Shown here: piece after piece, positions 9,196 through 20,242 of the stretch | Layout of the letters: every line of letters begins with the position of its first letter | How positions within the stretch are numbered: the stretch's first letter is position 1 | Assembly: GCA_011364985.1 (NCBI GenBank) | Contig: RDOC01000001.1 | Location: forward strand, 288,001-352,000 | Origin: Candidatus Thorarchaeota archaeon | GTDB lineage: Archaea > Asgardarchaeota > Thorarchaeia > Thorarchaeales > Thorarchaeaceae | Direction of reading: 5' to 3' | DNA length: 64,000 bases | Notes under the pieces: generated by a model | What the model was told of the DNA's origin: nothing | Databases searched by the model: none | Seen by the model: the letters and a program-made list of their open reading frames with translations, nothing else | Program-made: the position numbers and the translations under genes

Positions 9196-10383
9196 TCACT
9201 TGTGAGATTCTGTTTTCGACAAAGTTGAGTAGAGATGCTCCAGACGGTCCACAGTCTTTTCGATGGTCAATTCATCGGCAAGATATTTATTAGCTTTATC
9301 TCCCATGAGCTTTGAATCTTTAGGATTTTCAAGTAACCATTCTATTGCTCTAGCGAGTTGAAGAACATCGCCACTTCTGACAAGGAAACCAGTGTCACCG
9401 TGGCGAACAAGATCAGGAATACCTCCCACATCTGTTGCTAGTACTGGTTTTGAACAAGCAAAAGCTTCCAGAATCACATTTGGAAATGTCTCATACCTTG
9501 AAGGCAGAATCACAATGTCAGAGTCAACGTATGCAGATATCTTCTTATTTCCAAAAAGAGGCCCCGTGAAACGCACGTAATTCGCAAGTCCCAGTTTTGT
9601 TGAAAGGGATTTCAAATACCCTAAGTGACCTCCATCTGGACCCACAACAATCAGGTTAACATTCTTTTGTGAGCGCAGGATGCTTTGTAGGGATCGAAGC
9701 AGGCGGTCAATTCCTTTGATGCTGTGTACCCTACCTACAAAGAGGAGTAGGCGTGTGTCATCACTAATATTGTACGCGTATCTGAATGTCCCAGGCTCCG
9801 GAGTATCTTTGAATTCAGACAAGTCAATGCCATTTGGAATAACACTGATCTTCTCATCTGGAATGCCAAGTTTTCGACCGGTTTTCATTTCGAATTGACT
9901 AAGTGCAATTAGTGCCGAAGCATCATGAAGCAGATTCATACCGAAGAGGGTATCATAGATACTCTTAGCTCTCTGCCAACGCACCATGCGCGGTAACGAA
10001 CCACGGGGTTGAATGCAATAAGGAATTCCAGTCTTCCTTAACCAATGATGTGCCACAACATTGTGAAAAGTACGAAATTCATGGAGATGAGCAACATCGA
10101 AATCCTTGAACAAGTTCCTTCCATCTATTGCTAGTTGAGGAGAAATGAGGAACAATCGAGTGCGATGCAAGCCAATATTCCTGTAATAACGAATCTCCAT
10201 TTCGTCTGTTATTGTGACAAAATCACAATCTAACCTATCCTTCAGATTCTTGGCATCGCTTGTGGCGATCACAACATCATGACCTCTTCTCGCAAGTTCC
10301 TTGGAAACCAGATAGGCTGCACGGGGAGCCCCACCAAAAGCTGTGGCGGGAGGAAAATACGATACTACTTCTAGAATCCGCAT
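9196..10383 (-). CDS. GT4 glycosyltransferase
   Basis: FPPATAFGG, VIPNGID, FVGRVHSIKG, PSRYETFPNVILEAF. Confidence 0.92.
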   Translation of the reverse strand: MRILEVVSYFPPATAFGGAPRAAYLVSKELARRGHDVVIATSDAKNLKDRLDCDFVTITDEMEIRYYRNIGLHRTRLFLISPQLAIDGRNLFKDFDVAHLHEFRTFHNVVAHHWLRKTGIPYCIQPRGSLPRMVRWQRAKSIYDTLFGMNLLHDASALIALSQFEMKTGRKLGIPDEKISVIPNGIDLSEFKDTPEPGTFRYAYNISDDTRLLLFVGRVHSIKGIDRLLRSLQSILRSQKNVNLIVVGPDGGHLGYLKSLSTKLGLANYVRFTGPLFGNKKISAYVDSDIVILPSRYETFPNVILEAFACSKPVLATDVGGIPDLVRHGDTGFLVRSGDVLQLARAIEWLLENPKDSKLMGDKANKYLADELTIEKTVDRLEHLYSTLSKTESHK

Positions 10384-10561
10384 GACTCTTGTTACATCCT
10401 GTTTTCAGACAGCTGTGCAATTTCCTATGAAGAAGTAATTCATCATTTCTGACTGCCCTTTGTATCTTGAGATTCAATGGGGAGTATTGACAGCTGCATG
10501 TACTCTGCCTATGTATGAAGATTTAAAGAGAAGGTTTGACATCGAAAAGGTCAGCAGAATC

Positions 10562-11566
10562 ATGGGTGTGGGCAGGGTAAAGGAATTCAGTGTTTACATA
10601 GAGAACTCAAAGCCGCTAAACCAGAAACTCAACGATGGTTTAGGTCACATACAATGGAGACAAATTATCAGAACTGATGACCACGTATTTCTGAAACCAA
10701 ACTTCACTTTTCCATCATACCGTTATGGTGTGACGACATCTCCGTGTCTTCTTGAAGCTCTATTAGGAATTCTGAAGAATCGAGCTTCAGAAATAACAAT
10801 AATAGAATCAAATGGTGGAAACAATGTCTTCACAGCTGACGAAGCCTTCAGAGGACATGGCATTCCAAAGCTGTGCAAAGAATTCGGAATAGACGCTGTA
10901 AACCTATCAGACTGTCCTTCTACAAAGGCTAAGGATAAGATTGGTTCAAGAACGGTAGAAGTGAGCGTACCCAGATTTCTGCCGAATGAAGTGGATTGTT
11001 TTGTATGTGTGCCCGTTCTGAAGGTACATGCAATGACCTTGGTTTCGCTGGGAATCAAGAACCTGTGGGGGTGTCATCCAAATCCCATGAGATGCCTCTA
11101 TCACGAGGATATCGACAAGAAACTTGCGCTTCTCACCAAGCTCTGGAATCCGCGAATCTGCATTATAGACGGGACCTATGCACTAGACGGACATGGACCA
11201 ATGTTTGGCCAACCTGTTGAAATGAATCTGCTGATTGTTGGGAACAATGTTGTAGCAAGCGATAGCGTCGGAGCGAGTGTGATGGGCTTCGATCCCCATC
11301 ACATCAAGCACATAAGAGTGGCGTCGGAGGAGAAACTCGGTCCTATCGATTTAAGGTCGATTAGAGTAAACACAGATTGGAGAAGGTTCTGCAGGGTTTT
11401 CTCGTTCAAGAGAACGCCGCTTGATTATTTATCTTTGGTACCATTTCACAGCGAACTTCTTGCAAAGATTATTTTCAACTCACCATTCACTTCCGGGATT
11501 CGAAGAATGGTAGACATAATCAGGACTTCTGACGAAAAGGAAGACCTAAGAGGGTACGTAAATTAA
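10562..11566 (+). CDS. DUF362-family (Fe-S-associated) protein; ORF could start at 10460
   Basis: VFLKPN, TTSP, PVLKVH...SLGIKNLWGC, IIDG..ALDGHGP, VASD. Confidence 0.8.
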   Translation: MGVGRVKEFSVYIENSKPLNQKLNDGLGHIQWRQIIRTDDHVFLKPNFTFPSYRYGVTTSPCLLEALLGILKNRASEITIIESNGGNNVFTADEAFRGHGIPKLCKEFGIDAVNLSDCPSTKAKDKIGSRTVEVSVPRFLPNEVDCFVCVPVLKVHAMTLVSLGIKNLWGCHPNPMRCLYHEDIDKKLALLTKLWNPRICIIDGTYALDGHGPMFGQPVEMNLLIVGNNVVASDSVGASVMGFDPHHIKHIRVASEEKLGPIDLRSIRVNTDWRRFCRVFSFKRTPLDYLSLVPFHSELLAKIIFNSPFTSGIRRMVDIIRTSDEKEDLRGYVN

Positions 11567-11737
11567 GTAGTAGCTGATCGAATTCTCCTTTTCCATAAAA
11601 AGGACTCTAGTTCGAAGACTCTAATTGGCGTTCTCTTGAACGCATTCTAGTAGGTGAACATCATAAATGAGTACTGGATTCCGCTCCAACACCAAAATGT
11701 CGTTTACTAGGTTTAGCATAGCAGACAATATGCTCCT

Positions 11738-12958
11738 CTACCGGTATCTTCTCGTAACATTACCCAAGACATTCTTCAGTTCTTCTCCTATTCGCTCAAT
11801 ACTGAGGTTGCGCTCTACAAAAGACCTACCGCTCTTGCCCAGAGATGAAACAATGCTTGGATTCTCACTAAGTAATAACACTGATTCTGCAAGAGCAATG
11901 TAATCGCCGGGCTTGATTACAATGCCAGAGTTTGTTTTGGATACATATATGCCAGGCTGTCCGCTAGAACAGCAAAGAATTGGTTTTCCCATGGCTTGAT
12001 ACTCATAGATCTTGGAGGAGATTCCTAGCTCAATCGAGCCGTATCCAGACAAGGGTAGGAGTAGAACGTCTGCATCTTTCATTGCTTCGACGACTTCGAC
12101 TCTCGACACGATCTTCTCAATGACCTTCACGTTTGGCAGTCCAAATTCGGATTGCATCCGATTCAGCTGGCTGGCCATCTCACCCCCACCTTGAAGAATG
12201 ATTTCGATCCCGTCATGCTTGGAAAGCTCTTGCGCGGCGTCAAAGACTTGGCGAAAATCATAAGCTGGAGAGAAAGCCCCAATATACAGAACCCTGAATC
12301 TACTAAGGGGCCGCTTCTGATGGTCTGTAGATACTTGAAATGATTCCATATTCACGCCTGCCTTGATAACATGAATTGCATTAGATGCTATGCCATACTT
12401 GGAAACAACAGCTTTCACATAACCGGGACTAATCGGAGTCACTAAGCTGGCAAATCGGTATGCTATCTTTGCCAGAATCTCCCCAGCTCTTCCGATAAGG
12501 GATCTCTTGCTTATTCCCAAGTCGTAGAGAGCTTCGGGCCACAGGTCATCAACATTCATGGCGATAGGACACTTCTTAACCTTTGAAATCATTATTCCTG
12601 GAAACATTGCAGTGATATTCGGATTTGCAGCCCAAATGACATCGACTTTACCTAAAAAGGGAATAGATAGCATTGATGACAGGATGAATGAAATGAAGAG
12701 CACCATACGCTTCGCATACCCCTCTGATGCCAATGGTGGCACATAAGTCCGGATTAGCCTGAGACCATTGGTGGCTTCAAGAACGAATGCCTTCCTTCGA
12801 TAGCCCTGCGGAATGTTTCCAGAAGGATAATGAGGGAAGGCAGATACGACTGTCACATCGCAACCAGCTTTTCGCAGGCCCAATGAAGCATTGAAAGCAC
12901 GTGTGGCACCTCCGCCCATGTCGGGAGGAAAGTATTGAGCGATGACTAGCACCCTCAT
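11738..12958 (-). CDS. GT4 glycosyltransferase (WbuB-like)
   Basis: QYFPPDMGGGATR, FPHYPSG, DLWPE, SSKIYEYQAMGKPI. Confidence 0.9.
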   Translation of the reverse strand: MRVLVIAQYFPPDMGGGATRAFNASLGLRKAGCDVTVVSAFPHYPSGNIPQGYRRKAFVLEATNGLRLIRTYVPPLASEGYAKRMVLFISFILSSMLSIPFLGKVDVIWAANPNITAMFPGIMISKVKKCPIAMNVDDLWPEALYDLGISKRSLIGRAGEILAKIAYRFASLVTPISPGYVKAVVSKYGIASNAIHVIKAGVNMESFQVSTDHQKRPLSRFRVLYIGAFSPAYDFRQVFDAAQELSKHDGIEIILQGGGEMASQLNRMQSEFGLPNVKVIEKIVSRVEVVEAMKDADVLLLPLSGYGSIELGISSKIYEYQAMGKPILCCSSGQPGIYVSKTNSGIVIKPGDYIALAESVLLLSENPSIVSSLGKSGRSFVERNLSIERIGEELKNVLGNVTRRYR

Positions 12959-13138
12959 ATTCTGATCACTCCCATTGGACCAATGTAAGGCAAAGATTCG
13001 TGATATGGCGCCATTGTTTTTATCTTCTTTTTAGGCAAGTTCATGATATCCGAGAAAACTCCTATCATTGCTCTGAGCGAAACGCAATGATAACAGCCTA
13101 CACTTAAGCTATCCGTATCCACTGCTAACACGAGCAGG

Positions 13139-14272
13139 TCATTGTCCAAGAGAGAAATATAAGTCATTGATGACGGAGGCAATACGTTCAAGACTAAACT
13201 CCTTCTCAATCATTTTTCTGGCGTTTTTGGCAATCTTCTGCGACAATTCTTCATTTTCAAACAGGCTAAAGACGGCGCTTCTGAAACTATCCACTGAGTT
13301 CTCAAAAAGGAGTCCATTATGATTGTGCTGAACGAATGTAGGAATGTCACCCACCCGTGTGGATATCACTGGAGTTCCTGATGCCATTGCCTCCAGTACC
13401 ACCGTTGGCATTCCCTCCCAGAAAGAGGGGAGAACCAACGCATCTGCAGACTTTAGAATTTCAGGAATTTCAGAGTGCTTCCGTTGGCCAAGAAGATCAA
13501 TCTCAATGGGGTGGCCATTCTTCTGCAATTCATTTCTAAGCCTAGCAAGCGATGGATAAAGAGATCCTTGGCCAACAAATCTAATTCTAAAACTCTGACC
13601 ATCCCAATTCCTCTTCTCACGAATCCACTGAATGAGAGACCCAACACCCTTCCATCTCTCTAGGTCACCAACATAAAGTAGGGTCTTCTTAGATGCTGCA
13701 TCCCGTAATGAGAACGAGAATTGGTCTGTATCAACAACATTCGGAACATAGCAGAGCTTGCAGGTAGGAACATTGTACACAGAAGAGATGGTTTCTAGAT
13801 CTGTCTTGGACACAGATGCAATCAGGTCACTCTTGTCAATGGTGAATTGGCCCAAGGAGTGGTCATAGATTTGTTTGACCCATCGTCTTCTTAGAGAGGT
13901 TCGATAGGGAGGGTTTCCGACCCCACCATGTAGTTGAAGCAAAGCCTTTCCTCTCTTCAGGAGTCTTGCCAGTACTGCTTGATTGGATGTGAAATACAGG
14001 TATGAATGAATATGAAACACGTCTGCATCTGACTTACAAAGCTGGCTTAGCATTAAGTTCAGGGGATTGATATTCCAAATAACTGCTGGAGAATAGAACC
14101 TGTGATATGTGACACCATTCTTCTTCGAAACACCGACGCGGCTCAGGTGTCTCGTAGTCGTATACACATGAACGTCGTGCTCCTTCGACTGCATCGTTGA
14201 TATATTATGGACATATCTCTCAGACCCACCCAAGTGTTCTCCGACAAAGGGACAGATATGTGCAAGCCTCAA
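13139..14272 (-). CDS. GT4 glycosyltransferase
   Basis: LGGSERY, VPNVVD, PSFWEGMPTVVLEAMASGTP. Confidence 0.92.
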   Translation of the reverse strand: MRLAHICPFVGEHLGGSERYVHNISTMQSKEHDVHVYTTTRHLSRVGVSKKNGVTYHRFYSPAVIWNINPLNLMLSQLCKSDADVFHIHSYLYFTSNQAVLARLLKRGKALLQLHGGVGNPPYRTSLRRRWVKQIYDHSLGQFTIDKSDLIASVSKTDLETISSVYNVPTCKLCYVPNVVDTDQFSFSLRDAASKKTLLYVGDLERWKGVGSLIQWIREKRNWDGQSFRIRFVGQGSLYPSLARLRNELQKNGHPIEIDLLGQRKHSEIPEILKSADALVLPSFWEGMPTVVLEAMASGTPVISTRVGDIPTFVQHNHNGLLFENSVDSFRSAVFSLFENEELSQKIAKNARKMIEKEFSLERIASVINDLYFSLGQ

Positions 14273-14539
14273 CTAGTATTCTCCATGTGCTAACTTCATT
14301 AACCGCGCATTACCAGTGCTAACAGCTTTGTGCAATCATCTCCGAAGGTACAATTAAGTCTTGTTGGAAGCACTCCGTTTTTGCAGACAATACATCAGGA
14401 AGTTGGGTTTAGCGGCAAGCTAATACGCTTGAATGCTTTTGAAGCTTGAATCATTAGGAAATGATAAGTGTGGGATTTGGCGTCTGCATATTCCAACCTA
14501 GAAGATACTCAGCCGAGCTGGATGAGAGGCGATGCATAA

Positions 14540-17095
14540 TTGGAGAATGAACAAGGAATGGTATCAATCGCGTCGGATGCTCTGGTCAGGTTCCATAATC
14601 CAGTGAAGCTCATTCTTCTGTTTCTTGTTTCATTTCTTGTGTATTTCACCATGAGAGATTCTTCTTGGCCTCTAGCTCAAATGCTGTTAGGAATTCCAGC
14701 TGGACTTGTTTCCATTCTTCTCCTGCCAGGTATAGTTGCGTCAAGAATACTGATTCCTTTGAAATACCAAAACCTTGGAACATCTGTGTTCCTTGGGCTG
14801 GTAATTCAGATGCTCCTTATGCAACTACGATTTTTGTTGAGCTTCTTCTATTTCGCTACTCCCCCAATAAAGATCTGGGTTTTTGGAGGCAATTTATTTC
14901 TTCTAGTGCTGGGTGCGACTGTTCTCCAGTTGAAGAATGATTATGGCTGCTTGAAGACACCCATCAGATTCAACTATGGATGGCAATTTGCTATTCTTCT
15001 GGCAGTTTCACTAATCCTGAGGTTTGTTCTGCTGAGCCAGGTCCAAGGATCAATTTCACCAGACTCCGCACTTTATGCCGATTTTGCACGGCAGTTGGTC
15101 AATGGAAAATACGATTCGCTTGTCCTCAATGATTCTGCAGTAGTCGAATTGAGAGAAGGATTTGACTACATGGCGCATCATGCGTTCACTTATGTCTTTG
15201 CCCTGTCATATCTCCTCATCGAACCATCAACATCAGGGCCCATATTCATATTGGTCGTCATTGGAGTGTCGGTTCTGTTTCCAATATTTGAGATCGGCAA
15301 GGACTTATTCGGCGAGAGAGCGGCACTCTGGATTTGCGGATTGGTTTCTGTTCATCCTCTTTTTGTTTTTCATTCAGTTGTAGGATATGGTCCAGAAATC
15401 ACAAGTCTGCTGTATGTATTGTATGCAGTCCTCTTATTGAGGGATGAGAGGAGCACAATTCTGAGCTTGGTCATGGCTGGAGTCCTAGTGGGTCTTGTGG
15501 ATGTGACGTGGTACGCGAATTTCTACATTATATGCTTCATGCTACCTGTTGCGGCTATTCTCCAGCATTTCTGGTCAGGAAAACAGAACATGAGATTCGT
15601 ATTGCTTCTTCCAATTGTCCTGATAGCGAGATTGTACTATCTCAATGCGCCTATCTTCATGTTGTTGTGGGCGGCAATCTTTAGTCTAATCCTTCTTGGA
15701 AGAGGTACTCTGGATTGGGAGATTCAGAAACCAGTTTCCTTCTATGCAGCTCTTCTTATCATGACAGTTGTATTCCGTTTTCCTTTGCAGATTGTTTCAG
15801 AATCGATTCCTAGCGGCATACGTAATCTCGAAGCGCCATCCTTTCTATCTGCACTGCTGGTCACAGACTGGACTGGAAAGATGTTACAATTCATGTTCTT
15901 TCTTACTTGGCATTTGGGTCCAGTCATACTAATCATCCTTATTTCAACACTCATTGCAACTAGGAATAAGAATACAATTGGTCTTTCAATACTGGGTATG
16001 GTAGTCGCCTTCGGAACATTCGTTGTTCTAGGGACAATACCAGAGAGTCTTAAGATCATCTACTTCTACTCTGATTCTAGGTTCTTCATTCTGGCTGTGC
16101 TGCTATTCATATTTGCAGCCGGGGAGTTCTTCCGTAGACTATCTGCAACGCATCAAATCCATATACCTCGTATTGGCCAACTTCGAAGAGGAACTGTAGC
16201 AGTTCTGACTTTGTCGGCCATTGTCATTGGTTTCATTCCAGCATATCAGATGTATCCATCAGGACTTAGTTTAATCCACATGGAAGATAGATACGGATGG
16301 GATGGGTTTCAGGCAATTGTAGAAGACCTTGGAGATGAGGACTCCATATTCCTTGCAAATAGGGTAAGAGAGTTCTCATGGCTTACAGGAAGAAAGTGCG
16401 TCTTTCTGGCGTTCACTGACACTGCCCTACCCAATTCAAATGCCACTTCAGAGATCATGTCGTTGACGGGAGAATTCTCTGTTGATTTTTTGATTATAGA
16501 TATGTATACCACAACAAGATGGCAGACGTTAATCTTTCTCCTACATCAATCAATGGAGATCGGAGATTCGGTCTTACTCAACGGCTCAATAATCCCTGAA
16601 TGTGTTGGGGAAGGAACCTTCGGACCTGTCCAGTCATTGACTCTTGTTGTGCAAAATGAACCAAATGATGCGGGTAGATTCTCAAGAATCTTCAAAGTTG
16701 ATGAGAGCTATTTCTCATTGAATCAATCAATATCGGTAGTGGATCCAGGCTGGGAGGCTTCGGACAACGGAGAAATTCTGAACCAATCCGATAATGCACA
16801 AGTGATCATCGGAGCTGAAGCTTCACAAACGATTATTCACCGTGATGTTAGTCTCAATCTCTTGCCAGAAACAGGATTCATTCTATTCAGTATAGATGAG
16901 ATAGACGCAAATGTGACATCAATTGAAATGCTTTCAGACAATAATAGCTTAATTGGCCATGGCGAACGAATCGCCGAGGGACTCTTCATATGCTACCACG
17001 GAGAGGAACTCATCAATGACATTCGGATAACTGTTGAGGGCGAAGCTGGAGAATCTGTTGTGATTGAGTCAATCTCATTCTGGACTGACGACTAG
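14540..17095 (+). CDS. Large multi-pass GT-C-fold (ArnT/PMT-like) glycosyltransferase with acidic extracellular C-terminal domain
   Basis: More than 15 TM-like segments; 'SPDSALYADFARQLV' loop, 'HPLFVFHSVVGYGPE', 'DSRFFI'; soluble beta-rich tail. Confidence 0.7.
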   Translation: MENEQGMVSIASDALVRFHNPVKLILLFLVSFLVYFTMRDSSWPLAQMLLGIPAGLVSILLLPGIVASRILIPLKYQNLGTSVFLGLVIQMLLMQLRFLLSFFYFATPPIKIWVFGGNLFLLVLGATVLQLKNDYGCLKTPIRFNYGWQFAILLAVSLILRFVLLSQVQGSISPDSALYADFARQLVNGKYDSLVLNDSAVVELREGFDYMAHHAFTYVFALSYLLIEPSTSGPIFILVVIGVSVLFPIFEIGKDLFGERAALWICGLVSVHPLFVFHSVVGYGPEITSLLYVLYAVLLLRDERSTILSLVMAGVLVGLVDVTWYANFYIICFMLPVAAILQHFWSGKQNMRFVLLLPIVLIARLYYLNAPIFMLLWAAIFSLILLGRGTLDWEIQKPVSFYAALLIMTVVFRFPLQIVSESIPSGIRNLEAPSFLSALLVTDWTGKMLQFMFFLTWHLGPVILIILISTLIATRNKNTIGLSILGMVVAFGTFVVLGTIPESLKIIYFYSDSRFFILAVLLFIFAAGEFFRRLSATHQIHIPRIGQLRRGTVAVLTLSAIVIGFIPAYQMYPSGLSLIHMEDRYGWDGFQAIVEDLGDEDSIFLANRVREFSWLTGRKCVFLAFTDTALPNSNATSEIMSLTGEFSVDFLIIDMYTTTRWQTLIFLLHQSMEIGDSVLLNGSIIPECVGEGTFGPVQSLTLVVQNEPNDAGRFSRIFKVDESYFSLNQSISVVDPGWEASDNGEILNQSDNAQVIIGAEASQTIIHRDVSLNLLPETGFILFSIDEIDANVTSIEMLSDNNSLIGHGERIAEGLFICYHGEELINDIRITVEGEAGESVVIESISFWTDD

Positions 17096-17320
17096 GGAAC
17101 ACTCATGTTGCTCTCACAAAGATTCCTAAACATGGAAGATGGCCCTGAGGGATTTTAAGTGGTAATTCGGCATTATTGTCTTCGTTGTCCTCTGTACCAT
17201 CTAATTGGGTCAATTCTAATGTGTGATAAGAGAGATTAAAAGGAAAATGAAGTGCGACGCAAAGGAGTACAAGTGCAATCAGTTTTTGACACCACATAGG
17301 AAGCACATACCAATAGGAGT

Positions 17321-18289
17321 ATGGACAACTTGAAGGAGCTTAATGGCGCAAGAACCCTTGTGACCGGGGGTGCTGGGTTTATCGGATCACATATTGTGGA
17401 TGGCCTGATTGAACAGGATGCAGAAGTCATTGTCTTGGACGACATGAGTAATGGAGATCTGAAGAATATAGCAAGGTGGGAAGACAATAAGCGACTCAAA
17501 CTCATCAAGGGCGACATTCGAAATCAGGAGACTGTGAGGAATGCGATTCGAGATGTTGAGTATCTTTTTCATCAAGCCGCAAGGGTGAGTGTGCCCTACT
17601 CGGTGAGGAACCCTCACCTTGTGCTAGAGGTCAATGTCATGGGAACAACAGTACTCCTAGAAGAGAGCCGCAAAGCTGACGTGGAGAAGATAGTGGTGGC
17701 CTCGTCCTCATCGGTATATGGAGATACTCCTACATTGCCAAAAGTGGAAACCATGTGTACAAACCCCATCTCTCCGTACGGCGTTTCCAAACTCGCACAA
17801 GAGCAACTTGGAAAAGCATTTCATGAAACATACAACATGAATATTACATCTTTGAGATACTTCAATGTCTATGGCCCAAGGCAAAGAGGAGGGAGCTATG
17901 CAGGAGTCATTTCTATATTCTTCAAAAAGGCATTTGAGAATCAGGCCCTCCCCATTTTTGGGGATGGAACGAGTACTAGAGACTTCACCTATGTGGAAGA
18001 CGTGGTTCAGGCCAATCTCCTTGCGGCTGCCAAGCCCGTCTCGAAAGGCAGAATATACAATGTCGCAAGAGGCGAACAAACCTCTATCGATGGATTGACC
18101 GATGAGATAATCAGGTTGAGCTCTTCAAAGTCCAAGAAGGAATACCTTGCATCTAGACCAGGAGACATTCATGACAGTCTTGCAGACTTAACACTAATTT
18201 GCAGAGAGTTGGGATACGACCCGAAATATGGCATATCCGAGGGACTAAGAAAGACCTTCAACTGGATTAGCAATGAATTACAGCTCTAG
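17321..18289 (+). CDS. NAD-dependent UDP-sugar 4-epimerase (WbpP/GalE-like SDR)
   Basis: LVTGGAGFIGSH, ASSSSVYG, SPYGVSK (YxxxK), LRYFNVYGPRQ, RDFTYV. Confidence 0.93.
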   Translation: MDNLKELNGARTLVTGGAGFIGSHIVDGLIEQDAEVIVLDDMSNGDLKNIARWEDNKRLKLIKGDIRNQETVRNAIRDVEYLFHQAARVSVPYSVRNPHLVLEVNVMGTTVLLEESRKADVEKIVVASSSSVYGDTPTLPKVETMCTNPISPYGVSKLAQEQLGKAFHETYNMNITSLRYFNVYGPRQRGGSYAGVISIFFKKAFENQALPIFGDGTSTRDFTYVEDVVQANLLAAAKPVSKGRIYNVARGEQTSIDGLTDEIIRLSSSKSKKEYLASRPGDIHDSLADLTLICRELGYDPKYGISEGLRKTFNWISNELQL

Positions 18290-18386
18290 TAGCTGAGCAG
18301 TGTGTGTGGCACACTCGAAATGAGGTTTTCAACCTCAGAAAGACATTTCTTTGGAAGCTGGGCAGGAAAGGAAGGCCAAATGAGGA

Positions 18387-19418
18387 TTGACGTTGCGCGA
18401 TCTGCTATTCCTATCTCACAACATTCGACATCCGCGCTGTGAGTATCTTGTGCGCAGCCTTTGTGATGGCTTCAATGTCGTCGCACCCCGTTTCTCAATG
18501 GCTCAAAGCAACAGACTTTCTCTGAGCTCGCGGTCAGCCTCAAATATGTTCAATCTCGGTCTTTCAGCCATGGTACGTAAGATACCAATGCATCTTGATG
18601 GCATCGATGTGTTCATTACACCTTTCATGCGAAATGCTACTTTCGTCCATGACTATCACGTCCCGCTTGTCCCGGAATTGATTTGGCTTGGATACTTGCC
18701 AGTTGCAGCTATTGCCCGAGCACTCCTTCCTGACAGTATCAGACAAGCAAAGGCCATTATCTCACCAAATTGGCGAATGCTCTCACATGCCTCTGAATAC
18801 GCAAGGTTGCCTGACTTCTATGTCGTTCCTAACTATCCTCTAAAGAGATTTTACATTGATATCTCTATCGAGAAGGCGAGGCTCGAGCTGGATCTGCCGC
18901 AGGACAAGCAGATCGTCCTCTTTGTTGGGGGAGGAAGGCTGAGAGAGATCTATGGCATCGACCTGCTGATTGATGCTTGGAGAGAGGTGCATAGGCAGAA
19001 GCCAGACGCACGCCTCTATATACTGGGACCCAAACACAAAGTCGGGCTAACAGCAAGCGAATTCAAAGACCTTGCAAAGAAAGAGCTCATTTTTCCAGGG
19101 ACTATCCCGCACAAGGAGATTCCAATCTGGATCGCCTCCGCCGACTTGTGCGTGTCGCAGCGTACGCGAGGCTTTCCTGTTGAGTTCTACAACATCTATG
19201 ACAGCTTGAAACTGTCTGAGTACGCGCTGTTTGAGAAACCAATTGTGGCTGCCGGATACTCACCAGGAAAGGACTATATCTCAACTGATACGAGAACTGA
19301 GCTGTATGCAAGAGGCATCGTGGAAGGGCTGAATGGTGGTGCTCCAAAGCCGATTCCGCATTATTGGGAGGAGAATATTCCAACCCTAAAGAAGGCATAT
19401 GAAGCTCTACAGAGTTAG
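18387..19418 (+). CDS. Divergent GT4 glycosyltransferase
   Basis: VVPNY, LFVGGG..YGIDLL, IASADLC, SLKLSEYALFEKPIV. Confidence 0.75.
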   Translation: MTLRDLLFLSHNIRHPRCEYLVRSLCDGFNVVAPRFSMAQSNRLSLSSRSASNMFNLGLSAMVRKIPMHLDGIDVFITPFMRNATFVHDYHVPLVPELIWLGYLPVAAIARALLPDSIRQAKAIISPNWRMLSHASEYARLPDFYVVPNYPLKRFYIDISIEKARLELDLPQDKQIVLFVGGGRLREIYGIDLLIDAWREVHRQKPDARLYILGPKHKVGLTASEFKDLAKKELIFPGTIPHKEIPIWIASADLCVSQRTRGFPVEFYNIYDSLKLSEYALFEKPIVAAGYSPGKDYISTDTRTELYARGIVEGLNGGAPKPIPHYWEENIPTLKKAYEALQS

Positions 19419-19422
19419 AGGC

Positions 19423-20133
19423 CTAGTTGGCCAAGAGAAGTCGAAGATACGCCCTAATTGTTCTAGGTACATTCATCTTACTGGCTCCACGCTTCAGGCC
19501 GTAGTCTAGACAAATTGGATATTCGAATGGCCTTGCTCCGACACTCTGCAATCGGAGAAGTACCAAGACCGCCGAGGTGAACTCGCGAGTATTGATGAAG
19601 TTCCCGCCAAACTTCTCAATCGCCTTTTTCAACACGGCATAGCGAATGCATCTGAATCCAGATGTGTTGTCGCGCACCTTACTCCCTTTCATCCTGATGA
19701 GCATGTTGATTCCCCAGCTGAGAGTACGTCGAGAGAGAGGAAGATTGAGTTGTTCTCCGCCAGCAACATATCTTGAAGCAACGACAATGTCATAGCCCGA
19801 ATTCAGTATCTTAAGCATGGGAACGATAAGTTGCGGATCATGGGTCAAGTCTGAGTCCATGGTCACAACGGCAGAATCCTCTTTGCCCTCCCTAGCAATG
19901 TGAATAAGGCCAGTACGAAGGGCGCCCCCAAGTCCTTTATTCACGTCATGGTCTATGACAGTAATGGGCATTTCTTTGGCGAATTCTCTGGCGATTTCGC
20001 CTGTTCTATCAGAGGAGCCATCATTTACGAGGACTATCTCGTATTCAATGGGCACTTGAGCTATTGCCTTGAGCAGATCAGGCAAGTTCTCCTCTTCATT
20101 GTAGGCAGGAAGCATATAGTATACAAGTGTCAT
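19423..20133 (-). CDS. GT2 polyprenol-phosphate hexosyltransferase (DPM1-like)
   Basis: PAYNEEENL, VNDGSSDRT, NKGLGGA, MDSDLTHDP, ASRY, DNTSGFR, GASKM; no TM tail. Confidence 0.88.
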   Translation of the reverse strand: MTLVYYMLPAYNEEENLPDLLKAIAQVPIEYEIVLVNDGSSDRTGEIAREFAKEMPITVIDHDVNKGLGGALRTGLIHIAREGKEDSAVVTMDSDLTHDPQLIVPMLKILNSGYDIVVASRYVAGGEQLNLPLSRRTLSWGINMLIRMKGSKVRDNTSGFRCIRYAVLKKAIEKFGGNFINTREFTSAVLVLLRLQSVGARPFEYPICLDYGLKRGASKMNVPRTIRAYLRLLLAN

Positions 20134-20242
20134 TGGGATAATCCCCCAAATAGATCAGGAGAATTACTGGGTTCTTTGGAGGGCCTTATGCAAATCTCGC
20201 TACGTAATAAATTCCTCTTAAGAATGGAACTACACATACAGA

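Noticed and set aside
11586-11643. Two short hairpins between convergent genes
   Set aside because: Stems of 6-7 bp are expected by chance; at most ordinary terminators.
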